DNA of 64,000 nucleotides from Chiloscyllium plagiosum (lineage: Eukaryota), in contig NC_057753.1 in the NCBI RefSeq assembly GCF_004010195.1, positions 9,634,622 through 9,698,621 on the forward strand, in the 5' to 3' direction. The translations under genes were made by a program, and so were the position numbers. Within the stretch, counting starts at the first letter, position 1, and the number at the start of each line of letters is the position of its first letter. The notes under the pieces were generated by a model. It had not been told where the DNA came from. It was given only the letters and a program-made list of their open reading frames with translations, and ran no database searches. Positions 23,846 through 36,200 of the stretch are shown here, piece after piece.

Positions 23846-24627
23846 ACTACCTGGAGCCTGTAACTGACCAGCTGACACGTGGACACTTTTCTTACACTGC
23901 TTTTATTCAAGCCTGCAGAGCCATTTCCACAAGACTGCAACAAACTCCCCAAATACTAAAATACATCAGTTTGATATACTGTTGTTATTTTAAGAGCAGT
24001 TTACATGTACCAATCAATAGGATACAGTTGTTTTATGGTTATCAATATTCAGTTAGTGGTTCTGGTTATTTCATCTGCCTTATCTTATCGTACTCAACCA
24101 ACTACAGCATCTAGACACTTGCCAAATTACAATATCCAATGTTTGCAGAGTATTTTTCTTTTTGTCATGACTGTTACCTTGAACACTGATTTGTGACCTC
24201 CTCGTTGCTCTCAAAGTTCCTCATTCGTCCCTACATTGTGAAGGTTTTACTTTGTCGAATGTTTTCCTGGCTTTTTTGCAGTTAGCACCCTACCTTCTGC
24301 CCTGGTCAACATTTTCCCTTCCAGGTCTGTACTGAGGATTTCATGAGAAACCTCAGAATGTGGTGAGACTGTGGAACTCACTACCATCGCAACAGGTTGG
24401 GGTGAAAGGCATTACAAGCAAGGGTAAGCCAGCCAGTACAAAGGAGTGTCACTGTCACCAGATTCACAACACAGTGAAATTAAAACATGCAAAAATCCCT
24501 CAGAATTTCTCAACTGTTCCGAACCAGGCTTGATGAAGAACAGATCTCGCACACCAAAACTATAATTTAAACAAAAAACAAACAATTATAAATGCTGCAA
24601 CTTTGCTAGGGCAATGTTAACCAAGAA

Positions 24628-24900
24628 TAGCTGAAGGTCTTCCCGCACTCGGGGCAGGAGAACCGCCTCTCCCCAGTGTGACTGTGCCGATGAGTGTCGA
24701 GGTGAAACGGGAAATTGAAGCCTTTCCCGCAGTCGCCACACTTCCACGGTTTCTCCACAGGGTGGGATTCCTTGGGTATCTCCGTGACCGAAGCTTCATC
24801 CACACACAAAAGCACGTACCGCCCCTCCCCGCCATGAATTCCTCTTCCCAGGCCGTGTAACTGTTTCAGGCTCCATACTCAGAGCAATGCAACAGTAGGG
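24628..24900 (-). pseudogene. Truncated ZNF pseudogene (1.5 fingers)
   Basis: [43 protein letters not shown], then a deletion junction into 3' flank sequence. Confidence 0.85.
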
Positions 24901-24914
24901 TCTCTCATCTAATC

Positions 24915-25045
24915 GGAGGAAAACGTGAGGACTGCAGATGCTGGAGATCAGAGCTGAAAATGTGTTGCTGGAAAAGCGCAGCAGGTCAGGCAGCATCTAA
25001 GGATGAGAATCGACATTTCGGGCATGAGCCCTTCTTCAGGAATCC
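24915..25045 (-). mobile_element. Penelope-like family 1 terminal fragment
   Basis: Minus strand reads ctgaagaagggctcatgcccgaaatgtc plus the family 3' end. Confidence 0.78.
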
Positions 25046-25839
25046 CACTGATTCAGGAATCATCTAATCCCACTGATGCTGAAAATGTACTGAAACAGGA
25101 ACGAAAAAGCTTTGTTCCTTCTCACAGAATCATAGTCGAAAATTGTTGCAGTCCCGATGGATTGACTGACGGTCATTCATTGACATGAAAGTGAGGACTG
25201 CAAATGCTGAAGAGTCAGAGTTGAAAAGTGCGATGCTGGAAAAGCACAGCAGGTCAGGCAGCATCTGAGGAGCAGTAGAGTTGATGTTTCGGGCATAAGC
25301 CCTGCATCTGTTGATTTTGAAACTTCTATCTTCAGATCTTCAAATACTCTAAAAAGAGATTACAAAAGTCATCATTGTCAGTCCAGGGTAGAAATTCAGA
25401 ACAAGCACTTCTACTTTCTGCAGAACATGCTTTTCTTTTTCCACAAAACTGAAAGCACTATCCCACTCTCTCTCTCTCTCCTCCAGTTCTCACTCCACTC
25501 AAACTAAACCATTTGACGGTGCTGATTTAGGATCGCACAGGGACAGAAAAGTAAAAACATCAAGACTGATATCTCTTTAGAGTTTTGGATACCTCCACCT
25601 GAAAGTTATTATCCTTCACAATGTTGGGATACTGCTGACAGTGAGCAAGTCTGATTTGGGAAGCAAAAAAAATGTCAATTCACAAATGAATCTACAACGC
25701 AGCTTCTGGAGAAACAACGAGACACAAAATGGTTAACATTCGGGAAGGTGGTGAGGAGGGAAAGAGACATCAAGGCATTGACACCAACACCAGAGAAAAA
25801 CTGAACATACTGATGTAGTAAATATTAGTGGCAAGCCGG

Positions 25840-26415
25840 AGTCATAGAGATAAACAGCACAGCAACAAGTCCTTCGGTCCAACTAGTCCATGCTGACTAG
25901 ATATCCTAAATTAATCTAGTCCCATTTGATAGCACTTGTCCCATATCCCTCTAAACCCTTCCTATTCGTATAACCATCCAGATGCCTTTTAAATGTTGTA
26001 ATTGTACCAGCCTCCACCACTTCCTCTGGCAGCTCATTCCTTGCACGCACCACCTTCTGCATGAAAACGTTGCACCTTAGGCCCCTTTTAAATCTCCCCC
26101 CCATCTCACCCTAACCCTATTACCGTCTAATTCTGGACTACCCCATTTCCACACCTTGCCATACCCGATCTATGCCCCTTGTTATTTTATAAACTTGTAT
26201 AAGGTCACCCCTCAGCCTCCGGTACCCTTGGGTAAACAATCCCAGCCTATTCAGCTCAAACCCTGGCAACATCCTTGTAAATATTTTCTGAACCCTTTCA
26301 GGTTTCACAACATCCTTCCGAAAGGAAGGAGACCAGAATTGCACACAATATTCCAAATGTGGCCTAACAATGTCCTGTACAGCCACAACATAACGGCCCA
26401 ACCCCTATACTCAGA
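25840..26415 (-). mobile_element. CR1 LINE 3' fragment
   Basis: VRPHLEYCVQFWSP...RLRGDLIQVYK. Confidence 0.88.
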
Positions 26416-26919
26416 GGATTAGGAATATTTTCAAACCGCACAAAGACACAACCAGGAAAGAATGAACTTTTGAGGGTCAGCTTGGAACCATCAATGCCTC
26501 AGGGTGACCAAAATAATTGGATTTGTAATTACTGACACCAGATATTGTCATCCTCTCAGGCAAGAACACACCCAATTTTTTTTCAGACAGTATATGTACA
26601 TGATTCGATACAATTCCCTATTCCTTACTTTAGCAGAACAATACCGGGACTGGAGGGTTTGAATTATAAGGGGAGGCGGGATAGGCTGGGACGTTTATCC
26701 ACTGGAGCCTAGAAAATTGAGAGGTGACGTTGTAGAGGTTTGGAAAATCGTAAGAGTATAGATAAGGTGTCTTTTCCCGAGGGTTGGCAGAAAAGATGCT
26801 CATAAAGTCAGTACCGTGTGGAAACAGGCCCTTCAGTCCAACAAGTCCACACCGAGCCCGGAAGAGTAACCCACCCAGACGTATTACCCAATATTTACCC
26901 CTGATTAATGCACCTAACC

Positions 26920-27175
26920 CGCACATCCACCCACGCCCAAGCTGTATTCCATACCAGGCTCCGCCCCCACGCTGCATTCTCCCCCAGGCCCCGCCCACAC
27001 ACTGCCGTCTCGCCCACGTGGGGACTCCATCCAGCAGCGGGCCTCTCAAGTTCAATGTGAGTTCCGGGGCGGTACACGGGCTATCGCGACCGCCCCTGTA
27101 CTCACCCGCAACCTCTGTCTCCGACAACAAAACTCGGACCGACCTCGCCTTCATTCCAGCTTCTGACTCAAAGTA
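26920..27175 (-). promoter_or_regulatory. CpG-rich segment with a candidate first exon
   Basis: GC boxes (ccgccc), E-box cacgtg and a minus-strand donor gtgagt (actcac ~27100-27105), upstream of the 24.7-kb ZNF pseudogene. Confidence 0.45.
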
Positions 27176-28137
27176 GACAGGCAGGAGGCTGAAAGAACAC
27201 AGCGAGCCAGGCAGCAGCAGGAGGGGAAGAAGTCGACGTTTCTGGTGTAACTCTTCCTCAGGTTTGGGGGTGGGTATCGGGGAAGATGCAGATAAAGGGG
27301 GTCTGGGGAAAGGGTGGCGGAGTGGGGATTGGTGTAGACGGGTAGAGGGTATTTCGTGGTTGGCCAATTGGAGAAATGAATCCGGTTGGTGGCCGGGGGA
27401 GAAGGAGGTTATTTGAAATTGGAGAACTCACTGGTGAGTCCTCCAGGCTGAAGGCTGCCCAAGCGGAAGTTGAGGTGTGGTTTGTTATGGCAATGGAGGA
27501 GTCTGAGGATGGTCATGTTGGAAAGGGAGTGGGAAAGGGAATTAAAATTGGCGGTGACGGGGAGGTCCTGTCGGCCCCGCTGAGATGGTTGGAGAACTTT
27601 CCCTCAGTTTATGTTTTGTCTCCCCGATGTAGAAAAGACCACATCAGGAGCATCTGATATAGTAAACTGGGTTGGAGTTCATCTCTTGTGGTTGGAGGGT
27701 TCCCAGGCGGAAGATGAGGCGCTCTTCCTCCAGCCGTCGTATTGCTATGGTCTGGCGATGGAGGAGTCCAAGGACCTGCATGTCCTTGGTGGAGTGGGAG
27801 GAGGAGTTGAAGTGTTGAGCCACGAAATCCCTCGAACTCAGCACCGCCTTCCTAACCTGCAATCTTCTTCCTGACCTCTCTGACCCCACCCCACTCCGGT
27901 CTATCACCCTCACCTTGACCTCCCTCCACCTATCGCATTTCCAACGTCCCTCCCCCAAGTCCCTCCTCCCTACCCCTTATCTTAGCCTGCTGGACACACT
28001 TTCCTCATTCCTGAAGAAGGGCTTATGCCCGAAACGTTGATTCTCCTGTTCCTTGGATGCTGCCTGACCTGCTACGCTTTTCCAGCAACACACTTTCAGC
28101 TCTGATCTCCAGCATCTGCAGTCCTCACTTTCTCCTC
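27175..28137. mobile_element. Penelope-like fragments (minus 27175-27820, plus 27820-28137)
   Basis: Endonuclease C-terminus HFNSSSHS...LEEERLIFRLGTLQP. Hammerhead core ctgaaga...gaaacgtt at 28011-28038. Confidence 0.8.
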
Positions 28138-29584
28138 CACTCCTACCGCCAAGTCTGCATTCACTGCAATTACAGATGTCTTCATGACAGATGGAACAGC
28201 TCTCTCCATCAGCACTCTGTCCCATCTAAAACTCCCAGGACAGGGACAGCATGGGAATACAATCATAATAAAGCCTCCTCTACCCTTTTTAGTTGAAAGT
28301 GAAGCTACCATGACACTGTCCCGAACAAACAGTGCCAAGAAAGACACAGCATTGGATTAGATACCGAGTAAAACTCCCTCTAACGTTCCCATTCAAACAC
28401 TCCCAGGACGGGGACAGCAGAGGGTTAAATAGAGAGTAGAGCTTCTTCCATTCTGACTGACACTTGGCATGTTCTACACCAATCCTAAACAATAATTTCA
28501 GAATTGAGACTATAATCTGGTACTGAATTCACACTTCCTAATGGGAATGACAGGAATAGGAAATCATCTAGTGAAACACAGATCGATAAAACACACACAA
28601 TGCGCAACAGAACCAGAACTTATATTGGGATCAAAGACATTTAAATGACAGGAGATATTGTTCCTGAAACGATCCAAATGGGAGCTGAAAAACTTTCACA
28701 CTCGAATCGGTTTCTCCTGGGATGCAGTATCCACCTCACCGCTGTCTAGTCAGTTCCTCTGCTCCAGTTCAGAGCTGACTTGTAGCTGACCACATGCTGG
28801 CCTGGAGTCAAGATGTTAGAGGGTAAAGGTCAACTTGGATTGAGGGCATCCTGTGTCATGTCAGTGAGGTCAATAGTCACTGCCTTATTCAACTTATAAT
28901 TGGGGTCAGGGGGATATTGGGCTGGGCTTGTATCAATTTGAGCTTAGAAGAATTAGATGATCTGATGCAAGTTTCTAACATCCTGAGAGGACTTAACAAT
29001 GTGAATGTATGAATCCCTTTGTGCCAGAGACTAGAAATGAGTGGACACAGTTAACAAATAAGTGGCATCTCATTGAAGATGGGAGAGTTTTGCTTTTCTC
29101 TCAAAGATTCCTGAGTCTTTGAAATTCACTCCCTCATAGAGCAGCACAGGGTGGTGGCTCAGTGGTTAGCACTGCTGCCTCACAGCATCAGGGACCCAGG
29201 TTTGATTCCACCCTCAGCCGACTATTTGTGTGGAGTTTGTACATTCTCCCCGTGTCTGTGTGAGTTTCCTCCCACAGTCCAAATGATGTGCAGATTAGGA
29301 TGGATTGGCCATGGGAAATGCAGGGTTACAAGGATGTGATGGTCAGTGTCAACTTGATGGGCTGAACAGCCTATTGCATGCTGTGGGGATTCTAGAACTG
29401 CCTGGAGGCTGTAATTTACCAGATGATACGTGGACACTTTTCGTACACTGCTTTTATTCAAGCCTGCAGAGCCAATTTGACAAGTCAGCAACAAACCCCC
29501 CAAATGATCAAGTACATCTGTTTGATATACTGTTCAATTATTTTAAGAGCAGCTTACCTATACCAATCAACAGTGTACGCTTGT

Positions 29585-30915
29585 CATAGAACATAGAAGA
29601 ATACAGCGCAGTACAGGCCCTTCGGCCCTCGATGTTGCGCCGATCCAAGCCCACCTAACCTACACTAGCCCACTATCCTCCATATACCTATCCAATGCCC
29701 ACTTAAATGCCCATAATGAGGGAGAGGAGAAAGTGAGGTCTGCAGATGCTGGAGATCAGAGCTGNNNNNNNNNNNNNNNNNNNNNNNNNNNNNNNNNNNN
29801 NNNNNNNNNNNNNNNNNNNNNNNNNNNNNNNNNNNNNNNNNNNNNNNNNNNNNNNNNNNNNNNNNNNNNNNNNNNNNNNNNNNNNNNNNNNNNNNNNNNN
29901 NNNNNNNNNNNNNNNNNNNNNNNNNNNNNNNNNNNNNNNNNNNNNNNNNNNNNNNNNNNNNNNNNNNNNNNNNNNNNNNNNNNNNNNNNNNNNNNNNNNN
30001 NNNNNNNNNNNNNNNNNNNNNNNNNNNNNNNNNNNNNNNNNNNNNNNNNNNNNNNNNNNNNNNNNNNNNNNNNNNNNNNNNNNNNNNNNNNNNNNNNNNN
30101 NNNNNNNNNNNNNNNNNNNNNNNNNNNNNNNNNNNNNNNNNNNNNNNNNNNNNNNNNNNNNNNNNNNNNNNNNNNNNNNNNNNNNNNNNNNNNNNNNNNN
30201 NNNNNNNNNNNNNNNNNNNNNNNNNNNNNNNNNNNNNNNNNNNNNNNNNNNNNNNNGTAGTAGCTGACTCCATACGTGGAAAAAGGTTCTCATGGTCAAC
30301 CCCTAATCATCTTGTACACCTCTATCAAGTCACCCCTAAACCTTCTTTTCTCTAGTGAAAACAGCCCCAAGTGCCTCAGTCTTTCCTCATACGGTTTTCC
30401 TTCCATACCAGGCAACATCCTGGTAAACCTCCTCTGCACCCGTTCCAGTGCCTCCACATCCTTCCTATAGTATGGCGACCAAAACTGCACACAATATTCC
30501 AGATGTGGCCGCACCAGAGTTTTATACAACTGCATCATGACCTCAGGACTCCGGAACTCAATTCCTCTACCAATAAAAGCCAGTACGGCTTATGCCTTCT
30601 TCACCGCACTATTTACCTGGGTGGCAACTTTCAAAGATTTGTGTACATGGACACCAAGATCCCTCTGCTCATCCACACTACCAAGTATCCGACCATTAGC
30701 CCAGTACCCCATCTTTTTGTTACTCTTACCAAAGTGAATCACCTCACACTTAGCTACATTGAACTCCATTTGCCACCTTTCTGCCCAGCTCTGCAGCTTA
30801 TCTATATCCCGCTGTAACCTGCCACGTCCTTCCTCACTGTCTACAACTCCTCCGACTTTCGTATCATCTGCAAACTTGCTCACCCAACCTTCTAACCCCT
30901 CCTCGAGGTCATATA
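29585..30915 (-). mobile_element. CR1 LINE (RT), spanning an assembly gap
   Basis: SKFADDTKVGG and LVRPHLEYCVQFWSP motifs; (catagaa)n tail at ~29585. Confidence 0.88.
29765..30256. other. Assembly gap
   Basis: Run of N. Confidence 1.
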
Positions 30916-30982
30916 TATCTTAGGGATACCAATTATGATTAGTAGTTCTGGTTATTTTATTTGTCTTACCTTATTGTATTTA

Positions 30983-31188
30983 GAGCTTAAAAATGTGTTG
31001 CTGGAAAAGCGCAGCAGGTCAGGCAGCATCAAAGGAGCAGGAGAATCGACGTTTTGGGAATCCTGAAGAAGGGCTTATGCCCGAAACGTCGATTCTCCTG
31101 CTCCTTTGATGCTGCCTGACCTGCTGCGCTTTTCCAGCAACACATTTTTAAGCTCTGATCTCCAGCATCTGCAGTCCTCACTTTCTCC
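30983..31188. mobile_element. Penelope-like family 1 inverted fragment
   Basis: Palindromic arms with TSD ttattgtattta at 30971-30982 and 31189-31200. Confidence 0.82.
31058..31095 (+). ncRNA. Minimal type I hammerhead ribozyme motif
   Basis: gaatc CTGAAGA a gggc-ttat-gccc GAA ACGT C gattc: stem I, catalytic core, stem II, palindromic stem III substitute and GUC triplet. Confidence 0.72.
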
Positions 31189-31518
31189 TTATTGTATTTA
31201 ACCAACCACAGCATCTCGACACTTGCCTAATTACAATATCCAATGTCAATAGAGTACAGTTTTTTGTCATGACTGTTATCTTGAACACTGACTTGTGATC
31301 TCTGCATTGTTGTCAAAGTTCCTTATTTGTCTCTACATTGTCAAAGTTTTACTTTGTCGAATATCTTTCTGGCTTTTTGCAGTTAGCATCCTGTATTCTG
31401 CTCTTGTCAACATTTTCTCTTCCAAGTCTGTGCTGAGGATTTCATGAGAAACTTCAAGAGTGTGGTGAGACTGTGGAACTCACTATCGTAGTGAGTGGTT
31501 GGGGTGATAAGAAGGTTA

Positions 31519-31713
31519 GCTGAAAATGTGTTGCTGGAAAAGCGCAGCAGGTCAGGCAGCATCCAAGGAGCAGGAGAATCGACGTTTCGGGCATGAGCCC
31601 TCATGCCCGAAATGTCGATTCTTCTGCTCCTTGGATGCTGCCTGACCTGCTGCGCTTTTCCAGCAACACATTTTCAACTCTGATCTCCAGCATCTGCAGT
31701 CCTCACTTTCTCC
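31519..31713. mobile_element. Penelope-like family 1 inverted fragment
   Basis: Palindromic arms of the same family. Confidence 0.8.
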
Positions 31714-31749
31714 TAGAAGGTGATAATGAGGGTAAGCAAGCCAATACAA

Positions 31750-32395
31750 ATAGAACATAGAACATAGAACATAGAACAATACAGCACAGAACAGGCCCTT
31801 CGGCCCACGATGTTGTGCCGAACTTCTAACCTAGATTAAGTACCCATCCATGTACCTATCCAAATGCCGCTTAAAGGTCGCCAATGATTCCGACTCTACC
31901 ACTCCCACGGGCAGCGCATTCCAAACATTAACCACCCTCTGTGTGAAAACGTTGCCCCTTAGATCTTTTTTATATCTTTCCCCTCTCACCCTAAACCTAT
32001 GCTCTCTAGTTCGGCGACCAGAACTGCACACAGTACTCCAACTGTGGCCTAACCAAAGTCCTGTACAGCTGCAACATCACTTCACGACTCTTGAATTCAA
32101 TCCCTCTGCTAATGAACGATAATACTCCATAGGCCTTCTTACAAACTCTATCCACCTGAGTGGCAACCTTCAAAGATCTATGTACATAGACCCCAAGATC
32201 CCTCTGTTCCTCCACCTGACTAAGAACCCTACCATTAACCCTGTATTCCGCATTCTTATTTGTTCTTCCAAAATGGACAACCTCACACTTGGCAGGGTTG
32301 AACTCCATCTGCCACTCCTCAGCCCAGCTCTGCATCATATCTAAGTCCCTCTGCAGCCGACAACAGCCCTCCTCACTGTCCACAACTCCACCTAT
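31750..32395 (-). mobile_element. CR1 LINE 3' fragment with internal deletion
   Basis: WQMEFNPAKC...RDLGV...LVRPQLEYCVQFWSP; (catagaa)n tail. Confidence 0.88.
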
Positions 32396-32748
32396 GATTG
32401 TCATTATCACCAGATTCACAGCACAGTGAAATTAAAACACACAATGTCCCTCAGAATTTCTCAACTCTTCCTAGTCGGACTTGAAGAACAGATCTTGCAC
32501 ACCAAAACCATAATTTAAACAAAAATTAACAATTTTAATACTGCAACTTTACTCAGGCAAAGTTAAACAAGATAATCTAATTAATAGCAATGATTTAAAC
32601 TATTATGCCCCCACCATCTCACAGACAGAGACTTAAGGGGTAAATTAAAAAAGAAAATAAAGAAATGACCAATTCAACCAGCTTCCAACAATCGATTCCC
32701 AAGTTTTTGTGCAATTCTTGGACGATGAGTCGTTCACACGCACATAAC

Positions 32749-33179
32749 TGTATATCTAATTTCAAAGTCACTGCCGAATGCGAATGGTTGTCCCAATGCA
32801 CTCAAATACTTCTTACAGAGTGCGACTCATTCTCAGAAAAAGCCAACAGTTCTTTAACTGGACAGAAAAAACTAGAGAGTAGTAGCTTCTGGGCTCAACA
32901 TGCCGCAGCTCCCACTGGAAGCAAAGTTGGATGGAGGGAAGTTCAGCAGAAAACAAAAATAGCTTGTATATCTATTTCAAAGTCACTGCCGAATGCGAAT
33001 GGTTGTCCCAATGCACTCAAATACTTCTTACAGACTGCGACTCATTCTCAGAAAAAGCCAACAGTTCTTTAACTGGACAGAAAAAACTAGAGAGTAGCAG
33101 CTTCTGGGCTCAACATGCTGCAGCTCCCACTGGAAGCAAAGTTGGATGGAGGGAAGTCCAGCAGAAAACAAAAATAGCT
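32749..33179 (+). repeat. ~215-bp tandem duplication in a ZNF 3' region
   Basis: 32749-32964 and 32965-33179 are near-identical. Confidence 0.93.
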
Positions 33180-33325
33180 CACCGACTGTCCCACTGCACC
33201 CACTGTCAGAACGGGCGGGAGTTTCAGTCCTGAGGGTGACCCACAACAGCATCACCAGTGGAATCCGATTGTTGGGAGCACTGGTGCCCCCGCAAGTTGC
33301 AGGTCAACAAAAACCTTCACCTGCA

Positions 33326-33797
33326 CTAGGGGCTGGCAAATGGCCTCTCAACAGTGTGGATCCGCCAGTGCCTCAGGAGATGGGAAGAATTGCTGAAGGC
33401 CTTCCTGCACTCGGGGCAGGGGAAGGGCCTCTCCCCAGTGTGGACCCGCCGATGCCTCAGGAGATGGGAAGAATTGCTGAAGTCCTTCCTGCATTCGGGG
33501 CAGGGGAAGGACTTCTCCCCAGTGTGGACCCGCCGATGCCTCAGCAGGGTGGAGGAATGGCTGAAGGCCTTCCCGCCCTCGGGGCAGGGGATGGGTCTCT
33601 CCCCCGTGTGGACCCACCGGTGGGTCAGTATGGTGGAGGAATCACTGAAGGTGTTCCTGCACTCGAGGCAGGTGAACGGTCTCTCCCTGGTGTGACTGCG
33701 CCGATGAGTCTCCAGGACAGATGGGACACAAGCCTTTCCTGCAGTCACCACACTTCCACGGTTTCTCCACGTGGCAGAATTCCTCGGGTTTCTCCAT
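33326..33797 (-). pseudogene. Frameshifted ZNF gene (~5 fingers)
   Basis: [22 protein letters not shown], then a frame change at ~33730 into ETHRRSHTRERPF.... One finger has Cys replaced by Gly, and a stop at 33326 falls in the sixth finger. Confidence 0.85.
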
Positions 33798-34699
33798 GGC
33801 CGAAGTTTCAGCCGCACACAAATGTGTGTGCAGCCGCTGCCGTGAATTCCTCTTTCCAGGCCGTATAACTGTTAAAGGCTCCACACTCAGGGCGCTGCAA
33901 AGATAAGGTGTCATCTAGTCCCACTGATGCTGAAAACGTACTAGAACAGGGACCAAAAAGCTTGGCTCCTTCTCACAGAATCATAGTCGAAAATTATTGC
34001 GGTCACAATGGATTGATTGACTGTTAGACATTGAAGTGAAAGTGAGGACTGCAGCTGCTGGAGAGTCAGAGTCGAAAGGTGTGGCGCTAGAAAAGCACCA
34101 CGGATCAGGCAACATCCGAGGAGCAGGAGAGTCAACGTTTTGGGCATTAGCCCTTCATTTGTTGATTTTTAAATTTTCGTCTTCAGATCTCCAAATACTC
34201 TGTACAAAGTGATTACAAAAGTCATCACTGTCAGTCCATGGTAGAAATTATATTTTCTGCAGAACTTTTTATTTGCCGTTGCACAAAAGAAAGCACCATC
34301 CCACTTTCTCTTTTCCTCTGTTCTCACAGATCCTGACTGTGATACTTCAGGATCTTACAGGAATAGGAAAGCCAAACGTCAAGACTGACATCTCTTTGAA
34401 TTTTGGATAATTCCACCTGAAAGTTAATATCTTTCACGACATTGGCGATACTGCTGAGAGTGAGCATGTCTGATTTTGTGAAGCAAAAACAAAGTGTGTT
34501 AATTCAGGATGAACCTACAATGCAGCTTCTTGAGAAATAACCAGACATGAAATGGTTAATGTCGGGGGGTGGGGAGGCTTTTTGATCGTTCAGATGCTCT
34601 GTCTTTCATCACCATCCATGGCTGATCATTCATCTAAATTATCTTTCCTGCACATTTTTTTCATGACTTCACCTGATGAAAGGGCTTGTGATTTCAAAC

Positions 34700-35770
34700 A
34701 AACCTGATTTGAAGATGCCAATGTTGAACTAGGGTGTACAAAGTTAAAAATCACACAACACCAGGTTATAGTCCAACAGATTTAATTGGAAGCTCGAGCT
34801 TTCGGAGCACTGCTCCTTCATCAGGTGGTTATCGAGTATAAGATCGTAGGACACAATTTATAGCAAAAGTTTATAGTGTGATATAACTGAAATTATATAT
34901 TGAAAAAGACCTAGGTTGTTTAAGTCTTTTAGAATGGGCATGTTGGTTTCAGGTCTTTCATATGTAAATCCCAGAACTTCCTTAAAGTTACATTCTCAAG
35001 TGGGCTTTAACAATAGGTGTCATGTTGGCCCAGATAGTGCATTGAAGGTGCACTGTGTGAGGCTGTCTGTGCCCCAATGTTCCGACTGATTCTAATCCAA
35101 AAAAGGATTTATAGAATCTTACATGGATTCATGCAGTTTTTGAGCAAAATAAAATGTAATTCTGCAAGTACAAATTCACCCCACAAACTTATATGAGTGT
35201 TAAAAATCACACACCAGTTTATAGTCCAACAGGTTTAATTGGAAGCACACTAGCTTTCAGAGTGACGCTCCTTTCGAGCCCTCCACTATCACCTGATGAA
35301 GGAGCGTCGCTCCGAAAGCTAGTGTGCTTCCAATTAAACCTGTTCGACACCCCAGTCGAACACCGGCATCTCCAAATTATATGAGTGTGTGTGTGTGTTG
35401 GGGGTGGGGAAGATGGGTGTTGTGAGAGAATATGTGTATGTGTGAGTGTAAAAACACATAAGTCTGTGAGAGGTTGCGTGTGCATGTGGAAGTGGATGTG
35501 TGTGTATGAGAGAGGGTCTGCATGAGTGTCTGTAGGTGTGTATGTATCTGTAGGTGTGCCTGTGTGCAGCGCAGTGGGGTCACCTGTAGTGTGACTTGAA
35601 CCCAAGGTACCGGTTGATGCTATCCCCATGGACACCGAACTTGGCATATCAGCCTCTGCTCGCCTACTTTGCATTGTTGCCTGTCCTGATGTCCGCTTGG
35701 AGGATGGCCACCTGGAGGTCCGAGGTGGAATGCCCCGGACCGCTCAAGTGTTCTCGGACTGGGTCTTTTA
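34700..35770 (-). mobile_element. Penelope-like family 2 3' fragment with a nested family 2 inverted insert (35201-35376)
   Basis: Degenerate endonuclease end and hammerhead core at 34793-34827 (minus). The nested insert has TSD ttatatgagtgt at 35189-35200 and 35377-35388. Confidence 0.78.
35290..35324 (+). ncRNA. Minimal type I hammerhead ribozyme motif (family 2)
   Basis: cac CTGATGA a ggagc-gtc-gctcc GAA AGCT A gtg. Confidence 0.72.
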
Positions 35771-35839
35771 AAATTTATAATTTCAGTTAAATCAGACGGA
35801 AACCTTTTGCTATAAATTCCGTGTCCTATGATCCACAAT

Positions 35840-36200
35840 CTACCACGGTATCCCTCGAGCCCATTGTAGTAAATCGGGTCCTCTCCTGTTGAATGAATGA
35901 ATGAATGAATGGGAGCGGAAAGGGGCGGAGACTCTGACGTTTGTGCGAACCTCTCCGCCAATCCCAAAGTTCGGTGCGGAGGAATCGGTGAACGACAATC
36001 TGGGGAGTGTGTCAATGCCGGCCGCCATTGGTCAGGTGGAGTAAGGTGCGCTCTGATTGGAGGGAGCGTGGATGACGCGCGTCACTGAAGGAGGAGACGG
36101 AAAGAAGAAGAAAAACAAAGATGGCGGCGCGAGGCTGCGGTTTTCTCATCGACTCAGCGGGCGGTTTCTGACGGAGGGAGGGGGGCAGACAGGCATCGTT
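35840..36200. promoter_or_regulatory. CpG-island promoter, probably bidirectional
   Basis: CpG-rich, with GC box ggggcgg, CCAAT/ATTGG boxes, tgacgc and the YY1 motif aagatggcggc at 36118-36128. Confidence 0.72.

Larger units (their letters stand above)
22745..25745 (+). repeat. Segmental duplication, copy 1 (paralog 28235-34565)
   Basis: Colinear unique sequence, a shared SINE (23570 and 29148), and shared ZNF exon and intron sequence. Confidence 0.9.
28235..34565 (+). repeat. Segmental duplication, copy 2, expanded by later insertions
   Basis: Colinear with 22745-25745 once the LINE and Penelope insertions are removed. Confidence 0.88.

Noticed and set aside
26630..27367. 245-aa ORF
   Set aside because: It runs across Penelope UTR, GC-rich promoter-like DNA, SINE and antisense LINE, with no coherent domain.
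29665..30299. Long ORFs of X residues (also 55156-55602)
   Set aside because: Artefacts of N gaps.
32665..33233. ORFs with internal repeats
   Set aside because: Produced by the 215-bp tandem duplication on the strand opposite the ZNF gene.
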